Assembly (NCBI GenBank): GCA_001302985.1
Contig: LJNG01000002.1
Coordinates: 7,164 to 71,163 of the forward strand
Length of the DNA: 64,000 bases
Origin: Parcubacteria bacterium DG_74_3
Lineage (GTDB): Bacteria; Patescibacteriota; Minisyncoccia; Minisyncoccales; DG-74-3
Direction: 5' to 3'
Shown: in pieces, positions 1 through 8,403 of the stretch
Position numbering within the stretch: position 1 is the first letter of the stretch
Layout of the letters: each line of letters begins with the position of its first letter
Position numbers and translations under genes: made by a program
The notes under the pieces: model-generated
The model's database searches: none
Told to the model about the DNA's origin: nothing
What the model saw: the letters and a program-made list of their open reading frames with translations, nothing else

Positions 1-167
1 GCCCAGACCATAGTTGCTGGCAAAACAAAGAAAATTGCAGCTAGTATTCCCTCTGTCCATTTTTTTTGGGATAGAACATAAGCAAAAATAACTGGCCAGG
101 TATGCTCATCTGGCGTTAAACCATGAATTAAACCCAATACAAAAATCGAAAGTAATGAATATTCCAT
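1..167 (-). CDS. Partial (C-terminus off-window) integral membrane protein starting MEYSLLSIFVLGLIHGLTPDEHTWPV; possible NicO-like metal-ion transporter
   Basis: Own reading of the minus strand from an ATG at 165-167. N-terminal TM helix followed by an H-x5-DEH motif. Context is a metal-handling operon. The family assignment is a guess. Confidence 0.3.
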   Translation of the reverse strand, partial: MEYSLLSIFVLGLIHGLTPDEHTWPVIFAYVLSQKKWTEGILAAIFFVLPATMVW

Positions 168-174
168 CTTAAAA

Positions 175-453
175 TTATTTTTTCTGTATCTTAATTGCCT
201 TTCCCTCAACCAGGGCTTCTGTTACTTTTTTCCGAGCCGAAGTTAGAATTCTCTGGAGAGTGCTCTGAGAAACTTTCATTTTCTTTGCAGCTTCAGTCTG
301 GTCTAAATTTTTAAAATCACAAAGTCGCAGAGATTCCAATTCGTCTACCCTCAATTCCACCTCCTCTAATTCAGAAAGAGGCATTGCTCTTGGTTTAAAA
401 TAAGTAACATTTGGGTCAAAGAAAATTCTTCGCGGCTTGATTGGTCTAACCAT
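175..453 (-). CDS. DUF134/UPF0251 (COG1342) family predicted DNA-binding protein with sigma-70 region-4-like HTH
   Basis: 92 aa. HTH segment QTEAAKKMKVSQSTLQRILTSARKKV. Sits at the distal end of the MinD-ferredoxin/NifX-like operon, where this family typically occurs. Confidence 0.65.
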   Translation of the reverse strand: MVRPIKPRRIFFDPNVTYFKPRAMPLSELEEVELRVDELESLRLCDFKNLDQTEAAKKMKVSQSTLQRILTSARKKVTEALVEGKAIKIQKK

Positions 454-1306
454 ATAACTTATTTAGATTATCAAAAATCTTCTTAATTTCTTTTTTGGCT
501 TTTAAACGAGTTTCCAAAATTGGAGTTAAATTAGAGACAGCTCTAAAAATTTCTTGATCATAAGAAATTTTTCCCAAGAGTTTTGATTTGGCCCATTTTT
601 CCATCTTATTACTTAATGGCAAATTTATGTCCCATTTATTAATTACCAGACCCCAGGGAATTTTAAAATGTTCCACAACCATTAAAACTCTTTTTAAGTC
701 AGAAAATCCAGAGGGAGTTGGTTCTGAAATTAAAACCACAAAATCAGCTCCCTGTAAAGAAGCGATAACCGGACAACCTGTTCCCGGCGCTGAATCTAAA
801 ACCATAACCTCATGGTTAAGCTTTTCTGCTTCTTTTTTTATTTCAGTTACCACCTTCCCAGAACCTGACTCTCCTGGATAAAGTTGACCTGAAACTAAAG
901 GAAAACCATATTTTGTTTTTTTAATTCTTATTTCTCCGTTTTGAACCGGTTTTAAGATTATGGCTTTTTGCGGGCAGATAATCTCACAGGCACCGCAACC
1001 TTCACAAAGAAACCTGTTTAATTTTGGTTTATTGTTAACCATTTCTAAAGCTTCAAAGCGACAATTTTTTACACACAAACCACAACCGTTACACTTTTTA
1101 TAATCAATCTCTGGTCTGGCTGAAGTTATAACTTTAATAATTTTTTCCCACTCCCCTATTTCGTTTAACCAAATGTTTAGATTGGGGGCATCGGCATCAC
1201 AATCTACAGCTACTATTTTCTTTTTTTTATTAAATAGCATAGCCAAAGCTGAAACCAACATTGATTTTCCTACTCCCCCCTTTCCTGAAGCAATTACAAT
1301 TTTCAT
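446..1306 (-). CDS. MinD/Mrp-superfamily P-loop ATPase with inserted double 4Fe-4S ferredoxin domain (COG1149-like)
   Basis: Deviant Walker A GKGGVGKS. Two Cys clusters, CNGCGLCVKNC and CEGCGACEIICP. Confidence 0.75.
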   Translation of the reverse strand: MKIVIASGKGGVGKSMLVSALAMLFNKKKKIVAVDCDADAPNLNIWLNEIGEWEKIIKVITSARPEIDYKKCNGCGLCVKNCRFEALEMVNNKPKLNRFLCEGCGACEIICPQKAIILKPVQNGEIRIKKTKYGFPLVSGQLYPGESGSGKVVTEIKKEAEKLNHEVMVLDSAPGTGCPVIASLQGADFVVLISEPTPSGFSDLKRVLMVVEHFKIPWGLVINKWDINLPLSNKMEKWAKSKLLGKISYDQEIFRAVSNLTPILETRLKAKKEIKKIFDNLNKLYG

Positions 1307-2070
1307 TTTTTTCTAAATACCAGGGAAATTAAAAATATGAAAGAGGCAATTAAAATAATTAGGGGGCCTGCTGGTAAGCCTAAGGATTTGAAAAGCAAAA
1401 TACCTATTGCACAAGAAAGAGCCCCAATTATTAAAGAGCCATAAGAATACTGAAATAAATTGCGAGCAATGTTGCGAGCTGCAGCTGCCGGAGTAATGAC
1501 CAGGGCTCCCATTAAAAGGGAACCTGTTACTTTAATACCAAAAGCCACGATAAGAGCAATACAAATAAGGTAAATGAGGTTATATTTTTTCACTTCAACG
1601 TGCTCAACATACGCTAATTCTTCAGAAAGATTAATTAAAATCATCTGAGAAAAAATGTTTCTCAAAATCAAAAAAACCATTAGCGACAGAATCACCGAAA
1701 TGAAAGTGTCAGATAGATTTATTTGAGAAATATCACCAACTAAAGCTGTTGAAACTTCGCTTTCTGGCAAAAACAAAAAGGCAATGGCTACAGAGGCCGT
1801 AAAAACAATTCCAGTTAAAGCTTCCATTGGTAATTTTGTCTTCATCTCAAGAAACCAGATCAAAACAATCCCCAAAGCTAAACAAGGAAGAGCGCCCCAA
1901 GAAACATTAAATCCATAAATTAAGGCCAAAGCTACTCCGGGCAGAGCCACGTGTCCTAAAGCATCACCAACCAAAGCCATTCTTTTTGTAATCATTAAAG
2001 AACCCAGAAAGCCTGCTGTTCCGCCCACAAAAATACCCACTATTAAACTATAAAATAATTGAAGATCCAT
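1303..2070 (-). CDS. ABC-3 family metal (Zn/Mn-type) ABC transporter permease
   Basis: 255 aa polytopic membrane protein with ZnuB/MntB-like sequence (LVGDALGHVALPGVALALIY). Start overlaps the upstream ATPase gene. Confidence 0.7.
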   Translation of the reverse strand: MDLQLFYSLIVGIFVGGTAGFLGSLMITKRMALVGDALGHVALPGVALALIYGFNVSWGALPCLALGIVLIWFLEMKTKLPMEALTGIVFTASVAIAFLFLPESEVSTALVGDISQINLSDTFISVILSLMVFLILRNIFSQMILINLSEELAYVEHVEVKKYNLIYLICIALIVAFGIKVTGSLLMGALVITPAAAARNIARNLFQYSYGSLIIGALSCAIGILLFKSLGLPAGPLIILIASFIFLISLVFRKK

Positions 2071-2725
2071 AAATTTTAGCTAAATTATGCGGGGTAATAA
2101 CTTTTTCTGGTGGGCCAAAAAATAATTTTCTTTTGTTTATAGCCAGAACCCTATCTGCCTTCTTAACAATCTCTCCTATCTCGTGGCTTACTAAAATAAT
2201 ACTCTGTCCTTGCTCTGCCCAGGTTTTTTCTAGAGAGTCATGGATTGTTTCTCTACCGTGAATATCAATACCAACCATCGGCTCGTCTAAAAGAATGACG
2301 TCTGGCAAGTCTGCCATCACCCAGGCAATAAGAATCCTTCTCAATTGGCCAGAAGAAAGGGTTCCCAATTTCTTTTTTAAAAATTTTTCTGAGGTCTCCA
2401 TACCCACATAATTTAGGGCTGTTAAAATTTGCTTTTGAGAAACCTTTTTAAAACGGAAAAATTCTTTCACGCTTAAGGGTAAAGTTGAAGAAACAAAAAA
2501 CTCTTCCGGGACATAACCAACATGAATGTCTTTCTTCCATTGAATTTCACCATTAAAAGGCATCAATCCCAATAAAGTTCTTAAGAGAACGCTTTTCCCG
2601 GCTCCATTTGGTCCTAAAATAATTAAAATTTCTTTTTCTTTTAAGTCAAAACTTAAATCTTCTAACACTTTTTCTCCGCCCAGTTCTACGTTTAGGTTTT
2701 TTGCGCTTAAAACTAAATTTGGCAT
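2048..2725 (-). CDS. ABC transporter ATP-binding protein (ZnuC-like)
   Basis: Walker A GPNGAGKS, ABC signature LSSGQLRR, Walker B ILLDEP. No substrate-binding protein gene is adjacent. Confidence 0.75.
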   Translation of the reverse strand: MPNLVLSAKNLNVELGGEKVLEDLSFDLKEKEILIILGPNGAGKSVLLRTLLGLMPFNGEIQWKKDIHVGYVPEEFFVSSTLPLSVKEFFRFKKVSQKQILTALNYVGMETSEKFLKKKLGTLSSGQLRRILIAWVMADLPDVILLDEPMVGIDIHGRETIHDSLEKTWAEQGQSIILVSHEIGEIVKKADRVLAINKRKLFFGPPEKVITPHNLAKIYGSSIIL

Positions 2726-3579
2726 AATTGAAAGTTGAGCAATTTGCCCTTTGAATAAGCCTCAACTAGTCTTTTAGAATAAGGAATTTCTTTTTCGATT
2801 TTTGTCTTAAATTTTTTAACTATTTTCTTAACTCCTTTTTTATCTCCCAAATCTGCCTGATTTAAAATCACTTTAGCTGAAACTTTTAATTTTTGGCACA
2901 AATCCAAAATCAAATTTAAATCATGAGTTCCCATTGGGGTGGGTTCGGTAACGCAAAAAGCTAAATCAGAACCCAAAAGAGCCGTAATTACCGGACAATG
3001 GGTACCAGGAGCTGTATCAAACAAAACGATTTCTGCTTTTATTTTTCTTGCAAATTTGAGAGCAAATTTTTTTGTCTGAGTTACTATAGGACCTGTTTCT
3101 TCAAGACCTGGATTAGCAGCCCCCGTAATTAACCAGAAATTATCTTTCATTTTATTGAAAAAAATCTGCCCTACTTCTTCTTTTTCGGGTTTAATAGCTC
3201 CAAAAGGACAAACTAACCAACAAGCTCCACAAGCTGAACATAATTCCTTAATAAAGACTGGATGTTCTCCAGGAGCCTGGAAAATAGCATTGCTTCGACA
3301 GGTTTTAGCACATAACCCACATTTCGTACATTTTTCTTTAATCAATTTTGGGAACTCAGCATAGACTCTCTCGCGAGGCTTTCCTAATTTTTGACCCAAA
3401 AGCAGATAATCGTTCGGACATTCAACATCACAATCTACAAGAACAATTCTTTTATTCTTTCTAATAAATTTATTTGCAAATAAAACAGCAACGGTGCTTT
3501 TCCCAGTACCCCCTTTTCCACCGGTGATGACGAATTTCTTTAATTTCTGAGTCCTATGTTTTAATTTTTGCTTTTTCAT
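2713..3579 (-). CDS. MinD/Mrp-superfamily P-loop ATPase with inserted double 4Fe-4S ferredoxin domain (second paralog)
   Basis: GGKGGTGKS Walker A. CTKCGLCAKTC and CSACGACWLVCP motifs. Confidence 0.75.
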   Translation of the reverse strand: MKKQKLKHRTQKLKKFVITGGKGGTGKSTVAVLFANKFIRKNKRIVLVDCDVECPNDYLLLGQKLGKPRERVYAEFPKLIKEKCTKCGLCAKTCRSNAIFQAPGEHPVFIKELCSACGACWLVCPFGAIKPEKEEVGQIFFNKMKDNFWLITGAANPGLEETGPIVTQTKKFALKFARKIKAEIVLFDTAPGTHCPVITALLGSDLAFCVTEPTPMGTHDLNLILDLCQKLKVSAKVILNQADLGDKKGVKKIVKKFKTKIEKEIPYSKRLVEAYSKGKLLNFQLCQI

Positions 3580-3917
3580 TAGTAAATATCTTGTTTTTCT
3601 AATTGACGAAGTTCTCCTCTTTCGAATGCCTTTATGTTTTCTAAAATATTTTTTTCAATAGCTTTATATAGTTTAATTCCATATTGTTTGAATTTATCAA
3701 AAGCCTTTGGGCCTAGACTAAAAGCTATGACAACATTTACACCAAATCGGTTCAAAAGGTCAGGTGGCAATTCTTCTTTACCAAAGAATTCTGGATTTTG
3801 ATGAACCTTAAATTTTTTTGTTTTAATATCGTAAATTAAGTAATTTTCAGCCCTGCCAAAATGGAAAGCTATTTTTGCTTCCAAGTTTTTTCCATTTGTA
3901 GCTGAAGCAATTTGCAT
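3579..3917 (-). CDS. NifX/NafY/NifB-C-terminal-like domain protein (dinitrogenase FeMo-cofactor-binding family PF02579, COG1433)
   Basis: 112 aa. FGRAENYLIYD motif. Order of conserved positions matches the paralogs at 5195..5614 and the C-terminus of 3933..5177. Confidence 0.6.
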   Translation of the reverse strand: MQIASATNGKNLEAKIAFHFGRAENYLIYDIKTKKFKVHQNPEFFGKEELPPDLLNRFGVNVVIAFSLGPKAFDKFKQYGIKLYKAIEKNILENIKAFERGELRQLEKQDIY

Positions 3918-3932
3918 CTTGATATCTTCTAA

Positions 3933-5177
3933 TTATTCTTTTTTTTGAGTGGGTACTTCTAATTTAATTAATCTATCTTCAAAAAAAGCTTTTATTATTT
4001 CATTGATATTACCACTTTCTGCTTTATATATCTCAACCAAATTATCCCTTAAAGTATGAAAAGATATAGGACCAATTTCTTTTGTAATTAAAATATCTGG
4101 GTTTTCTTCTAATAAAAACCTGACTACTGCCAGACCTGCTCTGACTTCTTTTTCTTTAAAAGGATTAGCTCGAAAATTTAAAGATTCGGTTTTCTTTCCT
4201 TTCACTTTCAATGTGGCAAAAAATTCAGCTCTACCAAAGCGGTTATCAATTTGAGAATCAAATTCTTTTTTTTCTTTAATTGGAATAACAACTTTTTGTT
4301 CCAATTTTTTGAAGGGCTCCACATGAACAATAAGAGATTCTAATTGAGGAACATTGCTTTTAACCTCTCGCTCTATTTTATCTGCAATTTCGTGAGCTCT
4401 TTCAACCTCTAAAAATTTTTTCACCCGAATTGTTACTTGACCAAAAATAAAAGGGCCCGATTTTCGCAATCTGATATCAGAAAACTCCTCCACCCTAGGG
4501 ATAGATTCCAAAATACCTTTGATTTTCTTTTCTACCGCTTTACTGGGACTTACATCCATCAAAGAAAAGCCCGCATCCCTTAAGGACTCAAGACCAACCC
4601 TAAAAACAAGTAGGGCAAGTAAAATACCCACGATTCCTTCTATTCTCGGAATTCCCCAATAAGAAGTTAAAATTCCCAGAACCACTAATGAAGAAGAAAT
4701 AATATGGGTTTTTGACTCTTTACCGTCTGCAATCAAGCTTTGAGAGTTTATCTCTCTGCCCACTTTTTCTTCATACCTACCTAAAAAATAAATAGAAATT
4801 GCATCCAAAACAGCTACTCCCAAAGCAATATATGGAATCTTTAAAGTATAAACAGTAAATATTCTCTGATAGCTTTCTTTTGCAATTTCAAAGCCAATAT
4901 ATAAAATTAAAACAGAAACAATCAGGGCAACAAGAGTTTCTGCTTTATAGAATCCATAAGGAAACTTTTTGGTTGGCTTTCTTTGAGAAATTTTAAAGCC
5001 CAACCAAACCAAAAGAATTTCAAAAACATCCCCAATGCTGTGAAGGGCGTCGGATAAAAGAGCTATACTGCCCGACGCTAAACCAGCCAGAGTCTTAGCT
5101 CCGGCAAATAAAAACACAACAAAGGCGACTTTTTTTGAGGTTGCTTCCCCCTTTTTTAGTATCTCTTTCGTAGTCAT
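3933..5177 (-). CDS. Cation diffusion facilitator (CDF) transporter fused to a C-terminal NifX/NafY-like domain
   Basis: Six-TM CDF core (SDALHSIGD...) and CDF cytoplasmic domain ending HVEPF. Then ~115 extra residues (FGRAEFF...NP...ITKEIGPISFHTLRDNLVEIYKAESGNINEIIKAF) that align motif-for-motif with the adjacent standalone NifX-like proteins. First ATG is at 5177; the ORF track begins at a TTG at 5180. Confidence 0.7.
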   Translation of the reverse strand: MTTKEILKKGEATSKKVAFVVFLFAGAKTLAGLASGSIALLSDALHSIGDVFEILLVWLGFKISQRKPTKKFPYGFYKAETLVALIVSVLILYIGFEIAKESYQRIFTVYTLKIPYIALGVAVLDAISIYFLGRYEEKVGREINSQSLIADGKESKTHIISSSLVVLGILTSYWGIPRIEGIVGILLALLVFRVGLESLRDAGFSLMDVSPSKAVEKKIKGILESIPRVEEFSDIRLRKSGPFIFGQVTIRVKKFLEVERAHEIADKIEREVKSNVPQLESLIVHVEPFKKLEQKVVIPIKEKKEFDSQIDNRFGRAEFFATLKVKGKKTESLNFRANPFKEKEVRAGLAVVRFLLEENPDILITKEIGPISFHTLRDNLVEIYKAESGNINEIIKAFFEDRLIKLEVPTQKKE

Positions 5178-5194
5178 CAATAAAAAGATTCAAT

Positions 5195-5614
5195 TTATGG
5201 CCCTCTTCGTCTCTTCCGATATTTTCGGCCCGGGCCGAAACCTCCTCCTTGAAAACCGAAGCCAGGGGGGGTAGTAGTAGGTTTTTTCATTTCTTTCAAT
5301 TCTCCCTTTTGATATTTTTCTACAGCCTCTTTAGCCGTTATTCCCACAATAGGATAAAGTTTTACTCCTGACATTTGTAAAAAGGCAGCAGCATTGGGGC
5401 CAAAATTGCCCGCAATTATAGCCTCAATCTTTTCTGAGACAATTATTTGACTGGTTGCTACTCCGGCTCCTCGAAAAGCTTGAATTCCGGGATTTGGAAT
5501 AGATTTAAGCTCTTTTTTTTCTAAATCGAAAATTAAAAGAAAGGGCGCCCTCCCAAAGACGAGTGAGATTTGGGAATCTAAATCCGAGCCCATTGCGCAA
5601 ATAGCAATTTTCAT
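5195..5614 (-). CDS. NifX/NafY-like domain protein with Gly/Arg-rich basic C-terminal tail
   Basis: FGRAPFLLIFD motif. Tail PPGFGFQGGGFGPGRKYRKRRRGP. Confidence 0.6.
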   Translation of the reverse strand: MKIAICAMGSDLDSQISLVFGRAPFLLIFDLEKKELKSIPNPGIQAFRGAGVATSQIIVSEKIEAIIAGNFGPNAAAFLQMSGVKLYPIVGITAKEAVEKYQKGELKEMKKPTTTPPGFGFQGGGFGPGRKYRKRRRGP

Positions 5615-5628
5615 AAAATTATAATACT

Positions 5629-5856
5629 TTAACGAACCCTACTCATAGAACCACCACATTGAGGGCATTTTTGGCTGTAGCAAGGTATTCCTCTTCTATG
5701 AGGAATTTTGGTGTTGCAATTAGGACAAACACATTCTCCTTCTGGGCCTAATCCAAAACCACCGGGTTGTCGACCACGGCCACCGCGACCAGGGGCTCGG
5801 AATTTCCCTCCGGTAGGTAAATCAGGAGGGGGTGGGCCTTTTCTGTTTGCCATCAT
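5629..5856 (-). CDS. Small Gly/Arg-rich protein with C-terminal CxxC...CxxC zinc ribbon
   Basis: 75 aa. RGG-like N-terminus, then CPNC...CPQC. In-operon position and tight spacing support expression. Confidence 0.4.
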   Translation of the reverse strand: MMANRKGPPPPDLPTGGKFRAPGRGGRGRQPGGFGLGPEGECVCPNCNTKIPHRRGIPCYSQKCPQCGGSMSRVR

Positions 5857-5861
5857 AGAAT

Positions 5862-6218
5862 TTACTTTTTCTTTTCTAATCCCCTAATCCTCTCTTCAAT
5901 TGCCTTCATTGTTTCTCTTAAAGCCTTCAGTTCCTCAGAAAGAATTTCTTTTTCTTCTTTTAACATCTCTTTTTCTTCTTTTGCTGTGGGGGGTTGAGCG
6001 GAATAAGGAAAATCAGGGTAACCCCAATAAGGATCCCAACCTCGTCTCCATCCTCTGCCCCAACCTCCACCCCATCCCCGACGCCAAGCCATTCCTCTTC
6101 CCCAACCCCTTCCAATTGGGTTCATATAGCCCGGGTGAGGGTAACCCGCACAATACCCAAATCCCCTTCCTGTCATTGGTCCTAAGCCCATAGGGCCTGT
6201 TCTATCTCCGCGTGGCAT
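5862..6218 (-). CDS. DUF5320-like protein (N-terminal MPRGDRTGPMGLGPMTGRGFGYCAGY motif, Gly/Arg/Trp repeats, C-terminal coiled coil)
   Basis: 118 aa. N-terminal motif as I recall it for DUF5320. GWGRGWRRGW repeats. KEEKEMLKEEKEILSEELKALRETMKAIEERIRGLEKK coiled coil. Confidence 0.5.
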   Translation of the reverse strand: MPRGDRTGPMGLGPMTGRGFGYCAGYPHPGYMNPIGRGWGRGMAWRRGWGGGWGRGWRRGWDPYWGYPDFPYSAQPPTAKEEKEMLKEEKEILSEELKALRETMKAIEERIRGLEKKK

Positions 6219-6307
6219 ATTGTTTAAATTTCTTAATTATTACTATCTAATACTTTCGACCTTTACCCCGTAGGTAAATTTGTCTATTCTACCGGGTTTA
6301 TATTATG

Positions 6308-6336
6308 AGTATATACCCATAACCATTTATTGTCAA
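6308..6336 (-). promoter_or_regulatory. Putative sigma-70 promoter (TTGACA-17-TATACT) for the 175..6218 operon
   Basis: On the minus strand, TTGACA (plus coords 6331-6336), a 17-nt spacer, then TATACT (6308-6313). The -35 overlaps the rhomboid stop codon. Confidence 0.4.
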
Positions 6337-6962
6337 GTCCACTCTGTTCTTTTTTTGTTAAATAAATAAATTAAGAGCAAACCAGTTAAAAAACCACCGA
6401 TGTGGCCCCAGTAAGCGATAAATGGGTCAGAGCCCAAATAGATAAATTGATACAAAAACCAGATACCAATATAAATTAGAGCTGGAATGCTTATAATGCG
6501 CCAAAACCAAAGCATTGGCACCAAAGCCCTTATATTATGATGAGGAAAAAGAATTAGGTAACCTGCTAAAACCCCAGAAATGGCTCCTGAGGCGCCAATC
6601 ACGGGAATAGATTTGTCTGGAGCGGTAAGAGAATAAAGCAAGCTACCCCCGATACCAGATAAAAAATAGAAAAATAAAAATTTTATTTTTCCCAGATAAT
6701 TCTCAAGATTGTCTCCAAATATCCATAAAAACCACATATTTCCAAAAAGGTGCAAAAAGTCTCCGTGAAGAAACATTGAAGAAAATAAAGAAAAAAGCGC
6801 TTGCCCCTGTAAAAATAGGACTGGAAAGAAACCAAAAGTTTCTATATATGCTTCGAGGTCAGATAAAGAAACAAAAAAGAAAACCACGTTCACGAAAATT
6901 AAAAATATCGTGACCCAGGGAATTTTGCCCAGGGCTCGAGACTCATCATAAAGTGGAAACAT
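6333..6962 (-). CDS. Rhomboid family intramembrane serine protease
   Basis: GASGAISG catalytic Ser motif and a downstream His in TM6 (HIGGFLTG). Six to seven TM helices. Confidence 0.75.
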   Translation of the reverse strand: MFPLYDESRALGKIPWVTIFLIFVNVVFFFVSLSDLEAYIETFGFFPVLFLQGQALFSLFSSMFLHGDFLHLFGNMWFLWIFGDNLENYLGKIKFLFFYFLSGIGGSLLYSLTAPDKSIPVIGASGAISGVLAGYLILFPHHNIRALVPMLWFWRIISIPALIYIGIWFLYQFIYLGSDPFIAYWGHIGGFLTGLLLIYLFNKKRTEWT

Positions 6963-7045
6963 TTAACAGGTTTATTATGTTTTAGGCGCTTTTATACCAA
7001 CGAAACCGTGTTTTGCGGCTCTTGGCGTTGGTTATTTTAACCTTT

Positions 7046-7327
7046 CTATTCTGTTAATTCTTCAATTTCTCTTTTCCCCTCTTCTAATTCTTTCACCTGC
7101 TCTGAATCTTTCTTTAACAAGAGGGCCTGAAATTCTCCCACATGGGTTTTTTCTTCCTTGGCTATGTCCAGAAGAATTTTCTTAATGTGTTCATTTTCGG
7201 TCATGGCTGCCATTTGTTCATAAAGATTGACGGCGTCCAATTCAGCTATTATTCCCACTCTTAGTATTTCTCTATCCAAATCTTCTTTCTTAATTTTCTC
7301 AAGATTAATAGGTATTTGAGATAACAT
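7046..7327 (-). CDS. Ferritin-like / rubrerythrin-type two-helix diiron half-domain protein
   Basis: 93 aa. ELDAVNLYEQMA ... EEKTHVGEF (E...ExxH) pattern of half-ferritin proteins. Confidence 0.45.
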   Translation of the reverse strand: MLSQIPINLEKIKKEDLDREILRVGIIAELDAVNLYEQMAAMTENEHIKKILLDIAKEEKTHVGEFQALLLKKDSEQVKELEEGKREIEELTE

Positions 7328-7360
7328 GTTTTTATTGATGTTTTAAAAAGAGTTGACCTT

Positions 7361-7921
7361 TTATTTTTGTTTAATTTGTTTTTCTTCTTTTTTTATAAAG
7401 GCTCTGCCTCCTTGCCATTGTCCCTTATAAAGATTGGTTTTGCCTTCAATGCGAAGAAAAATCATATTGGCTATTCGAGCTCCCATTTCTATCTCGAAAT
7501 TATTATTTGATAAATTAATTAAGTGAAATCGAAAATTTCCTTTGTATCCTGGATCTACCCTAAAACCCAAAACCAAAACCCCATTAGCAAAAAAGGTACC
7601 CCGGGGAATAAAAATCCCGAAAAGATTTTTAGGGGTATTTATTGTTTCAACCGTCTTTCCAATATAAAAGTTTCCTGGCTCCAATTTTATTTTTTTCTGC
7701 TGGCTGGCTGATTTTACCTTTTCAAATTTAGCCACTAATTTGTAATTCGGGGTTTTTCTGGTCTCTCGGTAAAGAAAACCCCCTCCCTCTTCCATCTCAT
7801 AGATTTCACCTATTCTTAAATCAACCCCGCATCCTTCAAGGTTAATTTCTTTTTTGTCCAAGCCTTCAATAAGTTTTTGCTTCTTTATTAATTCTAATAA
7901 TTTATCTATACCCAAAATCAT
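7361..7921 (-). CDS. dcd: dCTP deaminase / dUTPase-superfamily protein
   Basis: GCGVDLRIGE and a beta-rich dUTPase-fold sequence. The ORF track extends to 8035, but the internal start MILGIDK at 7921 gives a typical ~187-aa protein. Confidence 0.6.
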   Translation of the reverse strand: MILGIDKLLELIKKQKLIEGLDKKEINLEGCGVDLRIGEIYEMEEGGGFLYRETRKTPNYKLVAKFEKVKSASQQKKIKLEPGNFYIGKTVETINTPKNLFGIFIPRGTFFANGVLVLGFRVDPGYKGNFRFHLINLSNNNFEIEMGARIANMIFLRIEGKTNLYKGQWQGGRAFIKKEEKQIKQK

Positions 7922-8053
7922 AAAAAAATAATACGACGCTTGAATTTTTATATTATATATTTTAACACAAGAAGGGTTTAATATAAACTGAGTAGCCGCC
8001 GTTTTGTAAAAAAAACGAAAAATAAAAAAGCCCAAAATTGGGCTTTTGACAAA

Positions 8054-8323
8054 CTATGGAATGGCTTTAAAAGAACTACTTAATTCAGATTCGACGACCG
8101 GAAAGGTAAGGGTTGCTCGAACATTTGGTATTTGCCTAATCTGATTTTGAACAATATTATTTAATGCTTTTAGGTCCCTGGCAGTGACCTTAGCAATGAT
8201 ATCGTAGTTACCGTACACTACCCAAGCCCCCTCTACTTCTCTGATGGCTTTGGTTGCTTCTACTACTTCTTTCTCTTTTTCCAATTCAGACATTATGCAA
8301 ACATAGCCGATTTGGTTTCCCAT
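8054..8323 (-). CDS. Stand-alone Lrp/AsnC-type ligand-binding (RAM) domain protein
   Basis: ~80-aa beta-alpha-beta-beta-alpha-beta pattern (AWVVYGNYDIIAKVTARDLKALNNIV). No HTH. Alternative start MSELEKE at 8293. Confidence 0.5.
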   Translation of the reverse strand: MGNQIGYVCIMSELEKEKEVVEATKAIREVEGAWVVYGNYDIIAKVTARDLKALNNIVQNQIRQIPNVRATLTFPVVESELSSSFKAIP

Positions 8324-8403
8324 TGTTTCACCTGCCTTTTTTAAAGGACAGTAAGATAAAATAGCATAATTTTAAACATTTATCAATATTCTTTTTTGTT
8401 TAG

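Noticed and set aside
5900-6193. Two plus-strand ORFs (5900..6193, 5994..6185) rich in Pro/Ser/Thr
   Set aside because: They are the antisense reading of the Gly/Arg/Trp repeat DNA of the DUF5320-like gene. The composition is an artefact of the CCCCAACC-type repeat.
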